NCBI RefSeq assembly: GCF_037042905.1
Contig: NC_087250.1
Span: 23,996,001-24,060,000, forward strand
Length of the DNA: 64,000 nt
Reading direction: 5' to 3'
DNA from: Lytechinus pictus
Lineage: Eukaryota
The notes under the pieces were generated by a model. That model made no database searches and had not been told where the DNA came from. It was given only the letters and a program-made list of their open reading frames with translations. Below, piece by piece: positions 28,407 through 40,980 of this stretch (its first letter is position 1; the number at the start of each line of letters is the position of its first letter). Position numbers and translations under genes: made by a program.

Positions 28407-28636
28407 TTAAAGGCAAAAACATACCAAAAAAAAACAAATTTCTGGAAAATTTTATATGCTTATTTGCATAATTAATTATGAAAAAAATAAAAACAATCAA
28501 TTTTTGTCTTATAAATTTGATGCAGAAGTACATGAAATTGGTGATAGTACACTTAATTGCATGTAAACTCAAACGCACCCAAATATGCGGAATTCTACTA
28601 CACAGTCTGCTTGCGTGAGTGGCTGTATAATAGAAA

Positions 28637-28846
28637 ACATAAAGTTCAACGAATCCACACTTTAATATTTTGAACTTGAATAAGATAAAACAAATAGGCT
28701 ATAGTAATATTACAGTTTTAAGTAGTTTTAGTATAATTCTTACATAAAGTTCAACGAATCCACACTTTAATATTTGAACTTGAATAAGATAAAGCAAATA
28801 GGCTACATGTAATATTACAGTTTTAAGTAGTTTTAGTATAATTCTT
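28637..28846 (+). repeat. Tandem duplication, 2 x about 105 bp
   Basis: ACATAAAGTTCAACGAATCCACACTTTAATATTT...TTTTAAGTAGTTTTAGTATAATTCTT occurs twice head to tail. Confidence 0.9.
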
Positions 28847-30447
28847 AATTGACCATGCAGTGTTCCAACTTACCCCATACCATGTTCCAACTTACCCCGA
28901 TATGGGGGTAAGTTGGAACGTTTGCGATAGTCTTGTTCAAGGTGGATTTTTTCAGTAACCATAATAGAGTTAAAAATTTTATGGGGTACACTTGAAGCCC
29001 TGAGATATATGCTTCAAGCTGATATATTGATTGTTTCTCGAATAAAATCTATTTGGATTTTACAGCCATTTTTGTCAAAAATGTTCCAACTAACCCCGGT
29101 CTCCCCTACTGCTGCTATATCGAATCGCGTATGATGGCGACACTGCAAGAGGCCTTCCACTTGTTAAAATGAATTGCAGAAAATTGTCTGATATTTGTAA
29201 AAGATGAATATTCTTATGAAATATGTGCTTAATTTTTTTTATCATCAGAAGTATCATCTGTATGTGTAATGAAATGTTTTAAAATTACCTCGAAACAATG
29301 ACCTATCAACCATATGGTTTGTTTGATTTTACAGGATCATTTCAAAAGATGCATGGTGATGAGGCAGCAATATCACAGTCATCAATGTGTCGAATCATCA
29401 AAGATGTGTCAGAAGCTATAGCAAGAAGGAAAAGGCAATACATGAAGTTTCCTTCGACAAGAGAAGAAGTTGAAGCAACTCAGCGACAGTTCTTCCAGTA
29501 CTGCAGATTTCCAGGAGTGATAGGTGCAATTGATGGGACACATGTCTACATCAGGAGCCCTGGTGGGGATCAGGCAATATACTTCCTCAACAGGAAGAAT
29601 AGATACTCGATCAATGTTCAGGTTAGATTAATTATACCCTTTCTTAGGCCCTTTTCACAATTAGTGCTGAGACTGCTTGCAACCTTTGTGATTGTGTGCG
29701 GCATATATTGTGATCAAATGATTGCAATTGCTAATACAAGCAAATGTGAAAGCCACTTAAATTACTATAACTAGAACAATGTACTATTTTGTATAAATTT
29801 TGGCCAAAAAAAAGAATGTGACATTAATTTTCTTTCCTAGGATTTCCTATCACTTCAGTTTCATTTATAGTAATTATTCGATTCGTATTTGATTGGGCAA
29901 TTTTTAAAATGAGTAGTTAATTCTGTAGCATATATATATTTTTTTTTTGTGCAAGTACTGAGCAATTGAAGCAGTGGAAGGGTGGGGTGATTGTTGGATA
30001 AATCAACCTAACATGGAAAGCACACCAATAATTTTTATGTGCATGCATGTTAAAATTGCATTCCAAATATGTGATAAACTTGCAAAACTCAATTGTTGTG
30101 TGCTCCCATTGGATGTCCCAAAGAAAATTGAAAATTAAGTGCCCAGAACGATATAGAGACAGTTATGAATGTAAGATTTGATATTCCTCTTTTGTCTTCT
30201 GCTAGGTTGTTTGTGATCAGGCTGGGAAAATAACAAGCATCGTTGCCAGATGGCCTGGCAGCACACCTAACTCCGCAACCGTAAGTCACTTTTCAACCAA
30301 ACTTGGATGGTAGATGTACTTAGGCGACCTGCATATTATGCTGCAGTCGGAGGTCACATGGTAAGGTCAAAGTGTTCAAAGTTTTTGTAGAAATGTACCA
30401 AACCCGACGGTGCTCTCACTCCATGATGTGTCACTGCATCGTAGCAA

Positions 30448-31362
30448 TCCAGTCGGATTTGAAATGGTCTACACATGTTGAATATATGGTCAAGAGCGCA
30501 AATAGTCGTTTATATGTTCTTCGCACTTTGAAATATCATAGTCTGTAATTTCAGGACCTTATAGTTGTATATACTAGTTTCGTGAGACCAGTTGTTGAAT
30601 ATGCTGTACCTGTATGGTCAGGAGCACTAACAAAACAACAAGTACAAGTCATCGAACGTATTCAGAAACGTGCCCTTAGAATCATTTTTGGAGCAGCATA
30701 TTCTTCATATGAGCATGCTTTACTCCAGTCAGAACTGATGTCTCTTGAAGATAGATGGATCAAACTCTTTGACTTGCGTTTGCGAAGTCTATGCAAATCC
30801 CCACGTCTAAACTGTATCACCTTCTACCTCAAAATAGGACTTGTCAATATCAGACTAGAAGCTTGGCCGGAACAGTAGAGATGCGATGTCGAACTTCACG
30901 ATATAGAAATAGCCCCTTGCCCTCGTTGATTCGGCACCTTAAAGAGAAATTCCAGTAGTTGCAGTGATTTCATGAGAAAGTCTGTAAAACAAGGCTTAAT
31001 TGTCAGTATATCATCGAGGATCTAGATCTGGTACAGTTACATAAACTGAACTTTGTGAAATCTTGAAATCTACGCTGAAAAATGTTCAGGCTGAAGATCC
31101 CCAACACAGATAAGCGCACGTGGGACAGTGTATAATTATTGCTTCGAATGTCGGGCCCGACGCTCTACCCGAATCCTGTGCTTATTTGCTGATTTCTCAG
31201 CAATTACACAATTTCTTCCAGAATCCTTTGGCACATATGTTTTATTTATACAAACAGACACTTTGGTGGTCATTTCATTGGATTCTGTACGAACTCATTT
31301 TGATATCGTTACCAAAACTAGCATTTACCTTTAACTCTAAAAGAATTGATTACAAGGAGTAG
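30448..31362 (+). mobile_element. CR1-group LINE ORF2 C-terminal remnant (pseudogenised)
   Basis: IQSDLKWSTHVEYMVKSANSRLYVLRTLK..*..YTSFVRPVVEYAVPVWSGALT..IERIQKRALRII; after frameshift, terminal CRTSRYRNSPLPSLIRHL[MITE]NSKRIDYKE*. Confidence 0.85.
30943..31330. mobile_element. Kolobok-like MITE inserted in the LINE ORF2 end
   Basis: TTAA|AGAGAAAT ... ATTTACCT|TTAA; removal restores the frame IRHLNSKR; related fragment at about 58497-58590. Confidence 0.8.
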
Positions 31363-31899
31363 TTTTTTTTGTATATATCTTCCCCTATCGTTACATGTAT
31401 AATAATATCAAACTACGAATGGCTGAGAATTAAAGAACTCATCATTCATTGGACTCTTAAAATGTGATATCATTAAGAGATTGTTTTTTATAAAATGCAG
31501 ATTACATACTAATTCTAATGTTGAGTTCTCTTTATGTTGGCGAACTCAAGTTTCATTTCATTTCATTTTACTTTGTTAATCAAAATATTTTTCTTTCATA
31601 TGAGCAATTATTCACTGATATCTAGTCGTAAACTTAATATTTGAATTGAAGTCATAAAAATTGCCAAAATATGTATTATTGCAGCATATTAGATTATCGT
31701 TTTTTCCCAAAGTAATGTAATTCAGAATTTAATATGTAAATGTGTTTATTAATTTCTCTTTGTATATATGTTTAATCGTTTTATGATTTCTGTATACAGT
31801 GAATACTGAATCATTTATTTTTATTATTATTTATTCATTTTTATTTGTTTATTTTTTATTCATTTTATATATATTGTTTATTTCTTAATTTTATCTTAT

Positions 31900-32470
31900 T
31901 TTTTATTCATAAAATTTACTTATAAAAGGGGGCCTTCACCCTACAAGCTCTGCTTTTTAGTTGGTCTCCTTCCCTTTCGATTTCATGGTATTATTGTATT
32001 ATAAAAAAATGATTTAAATGTTATATTTTGTTATAATGTATATTGAACTATCATTGTAAATGTAAAAAGATTGAAAGAGAAAATAAATGAATTGAATTGA
32101 ATTGCTTCTTCGCCCTTTTCTCTCTGTTTCCCTTCCACCATCAATTTCTTCTCTTCTCTCTCTCTCTCTCTGCCTCTCTTCTCTCTTCCACTATTTCTAT
32201 TCCTTTCTGCTTTCCAATTCATTTCCTCTATCCACTCATATTTACATGTATTTTGAATATTTTTCAATTTTTTTTATTGATCAGTGAGTATCAATTTAAA
32301 TTTATTTATGATATACTTTGTTACATATGTCTATATTGAAATTTGTTCATAGTACTATAAGTTTTTTTACCTTGTTATTGATGATTTTGTTTGAAATGTA
32401 AATTTTCGCAATTCGGCTTTTGCCGCAAAGAAAGGATTTTTAATAAACCATTTTGACTTGAATTGAATTT
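31900..32470 (+). mobile_element. LINE-like 3' ends with microsatellite tails
   Basis: AATAAA followed by (GAATT)n at about 32082-32104; AATAAA followed by TTGACTTGAATTGAATT at about 32442-32469. Confidence 0.5.
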
Positions 32471-32829
32471 ACAGGTCAACATTAAAGTTTATGTGCAAGG
32501 CTCTTATGACAAGTGTTATTCCATCCCAGTCATTTCACAATGAAGTTTCAATACAATTATGTTGTGTGCCCTCGCAAATCACAATATTTCTGGTTATTTT
32601 CATGAGTGGGCGAGACACAATCACTGTTGCCATGTTTTATTCTAGAAATAGTAAGCTTAGTATGAAAAAAATTATTGAAAAAAGCTGGCCCGATTTGTCC
32701 AGGTCAGAAAAGGGCAACACAATTTTTGTTCAGGCCTTAAGTGAATGCATTCATACAATCTACCATGTGTTTGGGAGTACATGTTTAAATAGCAAATCAG
32801 CGTTCCTATTGTAAGGTATCTACTGATTA

Positions 32830-33603
32830 AAAAATATCTGTAAAAAATTTAAGAATTCTGTAAACTTGTTTTTTTACGGAAATGTGTAAATTTACATGGG
32901 AATTTTGTAAAAGTATGGTAATTTTACGGAAAAGGAATCCGTAAAATTACGGATTAAAAAAAAAAATTCCGGCAGCAAAATTTCCGGACAAATTTTTTTT
33001 TTCCGTTAATTATTTATACGGAATCATGTTAATTCACGTAAATTTTCTGTAAAATTTCCGTAAATAATATCCATATTTTACATGGGAATTTGTAAAAGTA
33101 CGGTAATTTTACGGAAAAGGAATCCGTAAAATTACGGACAAAAAAAAAAAAAAATTCCGGCAGCAAAATTTCCGGACAAATTTTTTTTTTCCGTTAATTA
33201 TTTATACGGAATCATGTTAATTCACGTAAATTTTCTGTAAAATTTCCGTACATAAAATCCGTATTTTACATGGGAATTTTGTAAAAGTACGGTAATTTTA
33301 CGGAAAAGGAATCCGTAAGATTACGGACAAAAAAAAAAAAAATTCCGGCAGCAAAATTTTCGGACAAATTTTTTTTTTCCGTTAATTATTTATACGGAAT
33401 CATGTTAATTTATGTAAATTTTCTGTAAAGTTTCCGTAAATAAAGTCCGTATTTTCAAGAATTGTAATTTACGGAATCTTGTATATTTTACAGAACTTTT
33501 CCATAAATTACCACTTTCTGTAAATTTACGGAAAAAAAAAAAAAGTCCGGAAATTCTGCTGCCGGACTTTTTCCGTTAAAAAACGGAAATTTTTCTAACA
33601 GTG
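32830..33603. repeat. Right subterminal tandem array (about 187-bp unit, 3 near-identical copies plus terminal inverted part)
   Basis: TTTACATGGGAATTT..GTAAAAGTA(C/T)GGTAATTTTACGGAAAAGGAATCCGTAA at about 32891, 33077 and 33266. Confidence 0.9.
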
Positions 33604-34330
33604 TAGAAAATGTTGATAACATTCTTATAAAACTATAAAACAAATCTCTGTCTTTTCAAAACCGCGAATTATTAGATGGAGGATTTGTTACTAGTACAAA
33701 CCGTGAAATTGGTTGTAAATGATTCTTACATCAAAACTATCAAATCAAAGTCTTCAGTAGAGTGTATGTATGTCAAATTCTAGTTTAAAGGGGTAATGTG
33801 TTATGTTTGAAGCAAATTACCTGCACATTTTACGAAATTTTGAGGGAAATTTTACCCTTAAAATATCATTTTTGCCAAAAAGTATTATATTGTAGAATTT
33901 TTTAATTATTAATTGATTTTTTGTTTAGTTTTTTTTTTTCGTTATTGTAGAATAAGGTTTTAATATTTTATCAGCAATCCGACCGTGAAGTCATGTACCT
34001 GAGTGTTCCATTGCATGCTAGCCTGCTACCGGCATCAATCCAGCGAAAGTTCGAATTATTATGAGCAGATGTCACCATATTGATACCACATGTAAGTCTG
34101 ATATAATCCCAAGACCTACTCAGTTTACCATATTGCGTACATTGAGGCTTAAGTCCGAATCCTCAACATAAACTCCATGTTCATACTGATTGCTTGCCCG
34201 ACGATTGATGTCCTAAAGATTTGTCTGTCTCGGACGTCATCAGAGGGCATCTAGGAAAAGAAGGTGACCCGGTGGGTGTTCCGCTAAGCTTTTCGTAAGT
34301 TACGAACGACTTTACGTACGACTGGTGATG

Positions 34331-34645
34331 ATAATAATAATAATAATGAAAATAACAATAATAATTCAAGTATATTTACCCAGGGAAGCCACTTCAGTTG
34401 TAATTTTTTTTTCTCCCAGCGGGCCCTGCTATTAATATTATTACCCCGGCTTTAGCTGGGCTGCCTAGGCGCTCAAAGCATTTAAGGAATTCCTGTCTAT
34501 ACCGGTTACCCATTAACCTCACCTGGGTTGAGTGCAGCACAGTGTGGATAAATTTCTTGCTGAAGGAAATCACGCCATGGCTGGGATTCGAACCCACGAC
34601 CCTCTGTTTCAAAGTCAGAAGACTAAGCCACAGGGCTACAACGAT
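34331..34645 (-). mobile_element. tRNA-derived SINE
   Basis: Minus-strand box A-like TGTAGCCCTGTGGCTTAG, box B GGTTCGAATCC (34584-34594), core CTCAACCCAGGTGAGG..AATGGGTA, (ATT)n tail; second copy at 57.6-57.8 kb. Confidence 0.85.
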
Positions 34646-37600
34646 ACCTTCTTGTGGTTATTATTATTTTTTATGTTGGTTTAGCGCCTAAGAAAGAATC
34701 ACCGGTAATTCGCAAAGTTGCTCATATTATTCACAAACAGGTTTGTGAAACACAATTACCGGATTGGTACGTCCTGAAGCGGTTCGTAAGTTACGAAAGA
34801 ATTTACGCACACCTTAATTTTAGAAAAACACGGTGCGAATTGGAACCATTTTGTCCCATAGCCATAGTAGCTGGAATCCTCGAGAAAAAGGGTCCACAAA
34901 GGTTGTTTTTTTAACCAATAACCTTTAAATAATCTTATTGAAAAGGTTCTTAAGTGACCGTTTAATGTAATTTAGAACCTTTTGTGGGAACCTTAAAGGT
35001 TCCATAAAGATTCTTCGAAGAACCCTTTCTTAAATTCATGCGTATTATTTTACGAACAATTTTATGAAATACCCAACTGACCTTGGGAATGTTGCAAAAA
35101 CAGTTGGATTTATATATACTATAACAAAATTTTTATACGCGAATCCGAAAATGCGCACTTCATCTTAATGAGGTAACGTTAGATGTCCGGATTTTCGTTT
35201 GTCTTTATTTCTCTGCAACGGGTCTTTAACAATCAAGGTAATCTCCCAAGTAAGTCAAATTCAACCCATATACCCGACTTTTCAAGAAATGATTTTGCAA
35301 CAGATTTTGAGCTTTATAGTGTTGGGTTCGACATTTAATTTAAGGACTAAGTTGATTGTCTGATAGGAATCCTCATCGAAGTCATCAATATAAAACTTTA
35401 AAACAAAATGAGCAGACACTCTTGATATATTTGCGATTAATTCACATCTGAACGCAACATTTTTTTGCCTAATGTCTCCTTTAGTAAAAATCGAAAGAAC
35501 CGTATATGTATATCTAGGCCGATATGATAAATCACATTTTACTCCGATGAGTGCATGTCGAAAAGCTTCAGTATAGGTCCGTTTTTAAAGCTATTTTATG
35601 ATTTTGCGGTACCAAAGACTTATTTATATATTTAAATCACATTTAGTTCTGTGCAAACTACTTATTCATCACCTCATGAAACTTTTATATAAAGGAAATA
35701 AAAAAAAGAGAAGACGGGAAAAGAGGACAAAGGCAAACATAAATCGGGTCATATTAATCACAATACTAGACTTAAAAAATAGAAACACAAAATTAAGATG
35801 TGGACAAGAAAGAAAGAAAGAAGAAAGGAAGGAAAAAAAAAAGGCAAGGAAAAAAAAGAAAGCACTGGAAATATTTATCATAACATACCAAATGCGAAAA
35901 ATGAAGTCAAGTAAAAACAAAGGTAAAAAAACGGGACAAAGTAAAAAAAAGGGTGAATAAAATATAGGGGGAAAAACGAGAGAAGAAATGAAACACATTA
36001 AAACCCAAAGTAGTGCCACAAGCAGGATATAGTGGTATTGATTATGAGATAACGTGCTATTGGACAGGCTATAGTATATGGGAGAAGGCATCGAATAACT
36101 AACTATGACCTTGACATATAATCAACCGCATGCTCCTAACTCAAACTCGATTGCATGAGCCCTCTTAAAGGGAAATACTAAGATTAACTTTGAAATAAAA
36201 CGTAGAACAAAATGTCAGAAGGAAAATAGCATTCGGGATAACCCCCGTTATCAAATAATAAATTGTTAGGTATGATATTTTTCAGTTATAGGTAAAATAT
36301 TGTCAAATATTAGAATGCCTCATCGGATTTTCTACCTCTTAATATAAACAAGTCCGCTCATTTTTCGACCAATATTGGAGTATTTTGTAAGCTTGGAGTG
36401 AAGGGATATTTTCTGAACCATTGTCACACATTATCTTTGCGCCAAATCCATTAAATTTTCGTTCTAAAAGTTTGTGTGTTTTAGGGACTGATTTGATTTT
36501 TCCAACGTTTTGTGTGTTTACGTCATGCTTGGTCTGTAGGTCTAGTATCGTTCAAGTCCGGTCTTAAAACACATTTATTCTAGTCACATTTCAAATCACG
36601 ATCTCCCAAGACCCCTCTCCGTTATATCATCTCTCTCTGTGGGTCTCTGAATAGGTTTCTGACGGCGTAACTTAAATTACCGGTATATAATTTTTATATG
36701 GCGACTGTACAAGTTAACTTATTGAATCAACAAAAACATTTCATCACATAAGACAACAATCGTGTTTGTTACCCAGTTATTCTGAGTCCAAAAAATTTGG
36801 AATGTGTACAATAAGTAAACATTATAACAGTATATTGGCGTATTACTTATCATTTAATCCTCTTTGTAAACTGATTTGATCGATTTCATGATGGTAACTT
36901 AAATATATTCATACTATAGTTTTTATTTCGACTTCACATTTAGCTTGCATTAGAGATTGTGCGCTTTAATCCGTATGTCATGTAATTACGATTTCATTAC
37001 ACGTTAGATTATCTATAATTTTTGTGTGGGATGATGATGAGTTATACATAACTTATTTTAAGCGACATGATGACATGGTCATATCAAACAGTCTAGCATA
37101 CGACGTATACCTGATAGTCATTAATATTTCATAATGCACGATTCAATGGACATGGTGGAGAACATATTCACCGCTATTGTTCCGTTGCGCCTTTTTTGCA
37201 GCTCAAACCGAATAAAATTGAATGATCTCATAATCAGGAAATCAGTAAACTCTTTTTCATGCACTAGTAGTATCGTGATTTGATTGGGATTTCAAATCAT
37301 ACAATATGACCAAATTCATGAAATTACAACATTATGAATAATAATACTTTTGTTGACGAGGACGACTTCCATATGTTTCTTATTTTTGAGTGTGTTAGTT
37401 TTATTGTAGATGTAGCCCTATATTTTACATGAATTTCATAAAGGGCATGATCATAGACACAATTCTAAACTAGATACTGTATTGTCTTTGGGTTGAATAT
37501 TTTTTATAAAGCCTTATCGTCTTAAACAAAACAGCATCTCGTCTTTAGAATAGTGAAAATTGTAAAAGAATTCCCGGAAAAAAAAGGTTCTTGATCCGTT

Positions 37601-39797
37601 AATGGAACAAGTAATAATCACTTTGATGTAAGTGGAGGCCCCGATTTTATGCCTCCATAGATGTGCAATCCTTGCTCAGTAGATTTTACGGCACACTAGA
37701 TTTGAGGCGATCCTCCTACCCTAATGCACCCACGTCTCTCGGGGATAGGACATTCCGCGGCATCCTTCCTCTTCCCCCATTCCAATACACGAGTCGTCTA
37801 ATTTCGCAGCGGTTGGCAATAAAGTGACCATGAGCGCTGTGTACGAATCTAAATTGAATTTTCCAAGCATAGGTCACGTGTCACATTAATCCTGCAGAGT
37901 AATCGAGGCATAGGGGACTATTCCACCTCGCCTATACTGCGGTGTATGCACCCTTCGACGAGACGAGCTAGACATAATACATACATGCCAATGTGCAATA
38001 CGTCAGTGCTGGATGCAGTAGGTACACCAATGAGTAGACATAATGTACTACAGTACAGCTACTGATACTACCACTTCCACCATCCTACTACTGTACTACT
38101 ACTGTTACTAGTACTATATTACTATTACTGTTACTACAAATACTAATACTGCCATCGACTGCCGGTATGACTCTTGCAAAATAATAGAAACTGATATGTT
38201 AAAAATCATTGCCTGTTAAAACTGTTTACGGTCTACCATTGCCCCCCCAAAGTAATTTGTAATAAACTGCAATAGAGTTTCCAACATTTAACTATAGCAT
38301 GCAATGTAATTTGTGATCAAACAGTATGATTAAATGAGGAAAATCATGAAAGTGTCTGATTTCACTTCATGTCTTCAGTAGATCTGAAAACATTCTGATC
38401 ATCACCACTGATCAATGTACATTGAATTAAAGAGATTAGTCAACCATTCCGTCAACTGATGATTCATATAAAACCAAAATATATTTTTGACTAGGACCAG
38501 TCACATCTTCCCATATACACAATTCTGAAACATACCACTCATCCATCAACTCTGACGTACTGTATACAATGCTGAAAAGTCAATAATGTGTATCCTTAAT
38601 ATTACTTATAACCAACATGTTCAAAAGTGTATAACTAGCTATTTGTAGAACTGGTACTGGAACAACAAATTCATAGACTAAAACCAGATTGACACCCACT
38701 TCTGCTGATAACATTCAAAGTCATGAATGTAAAAAAAAGTTCATGTACTCTTAAAGAAAAGTCAAGTGAATAATTAACTGCTCGATCACCCTTTTTTTAT
38801 AAAATAAACGTTACTTGCATGTTTACGTGTCTTTCACTCCAAATTGAATAAATCTTAAGGTCACTACCAAGAGGGTGCGAAGTGAGTGATTAAATTTTTT
38901 TTTTTAAAGAGAAATCGAGGTGATTATAAAAGCAACAACAGCTACATGTGCAACAATAACATATTATGATAGCATCGATAGTAATTATAATGAGAGTAAT
39001 AATGGTTATGATGATGACAATAATGATACACTCTAAGAAAAAACAAACAAACAAACAAACAAAACCTTTGACTCTTCAGAAGTGCAAATATGCCCCTGTC
39101 CGTCCCTGGGCACCACCATAGGTCTAACTTTACACCATTTAGACAAAGGAAGGTGTAAAATTGCACCTGTAAAAGCTGTTCTTAGTGTAGCACTAGTAAT
39201 GATGATAAACTAAACTTTTTTCGATGTGTGAACAAAAATGACATCAAAAGTCGTAGAACTATTAATGATTGTATTAGAAATGTTAATTATACTGATAGAG
39301 GAGAATAAACGCATTGTAAAATGCTCCAAATCAAGATGACCTTAACTCTGCGTGCAAATGAAGAAATAAACTGATAATCAATCACATCAGGTTGGTCCAT
39401 TCTTAATAGCTAGTCTAATAAACTACCGAGAAAAACAGTCCGTACCTAGCGATGATGTCACAATATTGAAACTGTGTTATCAATCACTATTACGCATTTT
39501 TCAATAGACGGTCATTTGTTACTCTCATTACTCATCCTCGATAAAATTTAAGAACGGCTTTGCATCAAGGGTGGTGAGGGGTAGAACAGTGTGGCAATCA
39601 CATTCAAAGAAAATTTAATTTTGGACTCGGTATTGGTGATGTCATTATATATTAAGGAATTCTTGAAATCTTATTAATCTTATTAATTTTCATATGAGGA
39701 CAGTGAATCTGTATAAGATGACGGTGGTGATTGGTCGTGGTCAAAATTATGATTCAGCTGATTGATGATGATTATACGCTTAAAGAGGAATGATCTG

Positions 39798-39953
39798 GGG
39801 AGCGTAACGCAAAGATTAGCGATCAATCTTTAAATGAAATGACCAATCAAGATCAGCGTTACACGCGTTTTTGGCTAAAAATGCTGACCAGTAACCAATC
39901 AGAAGCGTTCTTTCATATTTGCTATTCATCGCAAACCTTTGTGTTACGGAGTC
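39798..39953. mobile_element. Harbinger-like MITE with CTG TSD
   Basis: CTG|GGGAGCGTAACGCAAAGATTAGCGAT ... ATCGCAAACCTTTGTGTTACGGAGTC|CTG. Confidence 0.65.
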
Positions 39954-40595
39954 CTGATCTTGTTAATTCGAATTTTTATAGTGTTTATACCGTAAATAAA
40001 TATAATGATGTTTATGATGGTGATAATGATCTTGCCGGTGATGCCGATATTAAGGATATCGTCGCTTTATACGTCCAATAACCCTAAATTTGGAGTAAAA
40101 AAAAAAAAGAATTTCGACCATTCCAACATGGCCAAGACTAGTGCTTGTTTCGTCTTGATAACCCTATAAATGTGATGCCGTGGAAAAGGTTTTAATTTTC
40201 ATATTTTCACGGATACAAGCATAGTTTACTGTTGGGCTCACGTTTCGCCATATTGGGTGACTTCAAGTACGTTGTTGAAATCTGGTGTTGGTGTTGTGAC
40301 AAAACCAACACCAGCAACAACACCGTACTTGACATGATGCTGATGTTGGGAGTGATATCGGAAAATATGACTTATTTCCGGCAGTTCGTGTTGAGCGCTG
40401 GTGTTGAATGTCGTCTGCTGAACCGAGCATCACAGCTGGTGCTGACGATCTACGTGTAATTTCCACATTTTGTCAACACCAACCCCCAGGGATTGGAAAA
40501 TCGTGATTTCAAGTTCGGTGTTGGTGATTTGAAGCCTACGAACAGGCGGCGGACAGGATGAAACATCCCCGTAAAATTAGATTTTTACAGACAAG

Positions 40596-40742
40596 GGGCC
40601 CATTGCAAAAAACTTTTGCCATAAAAATTGCATTTTTTGTCAGAGTATTTTAATGTGTAATTTTCAATGGCATAATTTTGTTTGCCAGAGTTTTTGTTTA
40701 TTTGCCAGAGTTTTTTATGGCAAAAGTTTTATGCAACGGTCC
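40596..40742. mobile_element. Harbinger-like MITE nested in copy 3
   Basis: AAG|GGGCCCATTGCAAAAAACTTTTGCCATAAAA ... TTTTATGGCAAAAGTTTTATGCAACGGTCC|AAG; absent from copy 2. Confidence 0.75.
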
Positions 40743-40802
40743 AAGATGAATGCAAATCATTAGAGCCTTATACCTTTTGATGAAAAATTACATTCACTCT
40801 TT

Positions 40803-40980
40803 CTGTGGGCCGTTTCATAAAGCTGTTCGTAAGTTAAGAGCGACTTTAAGAACGACTGGTGAACCCTTTTAACGCGCTAAACCATCGCCAATTCAATATA
40901 CCATTTACCACAAGACAGGATCACCAGTCGTTCTTAAAGTCGCTCTTAACTTACGAACAGCTTTATGAAACACCACCCAG
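40803..40980. mobile_element. Harbinger-like MITE (CWG site) nested in copy 3
   Basis: GTTTCATAAAGCTGTTCGTAAGTTAAGAGCGACTTTAAGAACGACTGGTGA is perfectly mirrored; flanked by CTG/CAG; degraded relative at about 34272-34330. Confidence 0.8.

Larger units (their letters stand above)
27381..29106. mobile_element. TA-flanked DNA transposon (pogo/mariner-like termini), non-autonomous, in transposase intron 2
   Basis: TA|GGGGAGACCGGGGTTAGTTGGAACA ... TGTTCCAACTAACCCCGGTCTCCCC|TA; internal GTTGGAACA/TGTTCCAAC repeats. Confidence 0.85.
25140..30265 (+). pseudogene. PIF/Harbinger (HARBI1-like, DDE_Tnp_4) transposase pseudogene; exons 25140-25184, 25452-25668, 29335-29621, 30206-30265
   Basis: GT-AG introns with compatible phases (0,1,0) give 203 codons: MDYLHHLHNLELLRE|LPLPRPRRGLRDARNP..FQDRY*LSKETV..LQVLTALRFHAVG|SFQ..ISQSSMCRII..FPGVIGAIDGTHV..NRKNRYSINVQ|VVCDQAGKITSIVARWPGST; in-frame TGA at 25539-25541; truncated just before the expected HD motif. 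Exon 1 is the least certain. Confidence 0.9.
20768..33603. mobile_element. Large CACTA/EnSpm-architecture element (12.8 kb) containing a Harbinger-type transposase pseudogene and nested TEs
   Basis: TA|CACTGTTAAAAATTGCCGTAATTTTACGGA at the left; reverse complement of the right end reads CACTGTTAGAAAAATTTCCGTTTTTTAACGGA, with TA outside; both ends carry arrays rich in CCGTAAA/TTTACGG. Confidence 0.65.

Noticed and set aside
29298..29774. 158-aa ORF as a standalone gene
   Set aside because: Its ATG and C-terminus lie in introns; only 29335-29621 matches Harbinger transposase.
32708..32740. AGGGCAACACAATTTTTGTTCAGGCC|TTA as the right TIR of the Harbinger carrying the transposase
   Set aside because: It looks like a transposon end, but I found no matching left end upstream of the gene; unresolved and worth rechecking computationally.
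34575..34645. tRNA gene on the minus strand
   Set aside because: Box A/B head continues into a SINE core and (ATT)n tail, with a second copy at 57.6-57.8 kb; it is a SINE.
35598..36091. Lys-rich 120-aa and Phe-rich 140-aa ORFs
   Set aside because: Artefacts of low-complexity poly-purine sequence.
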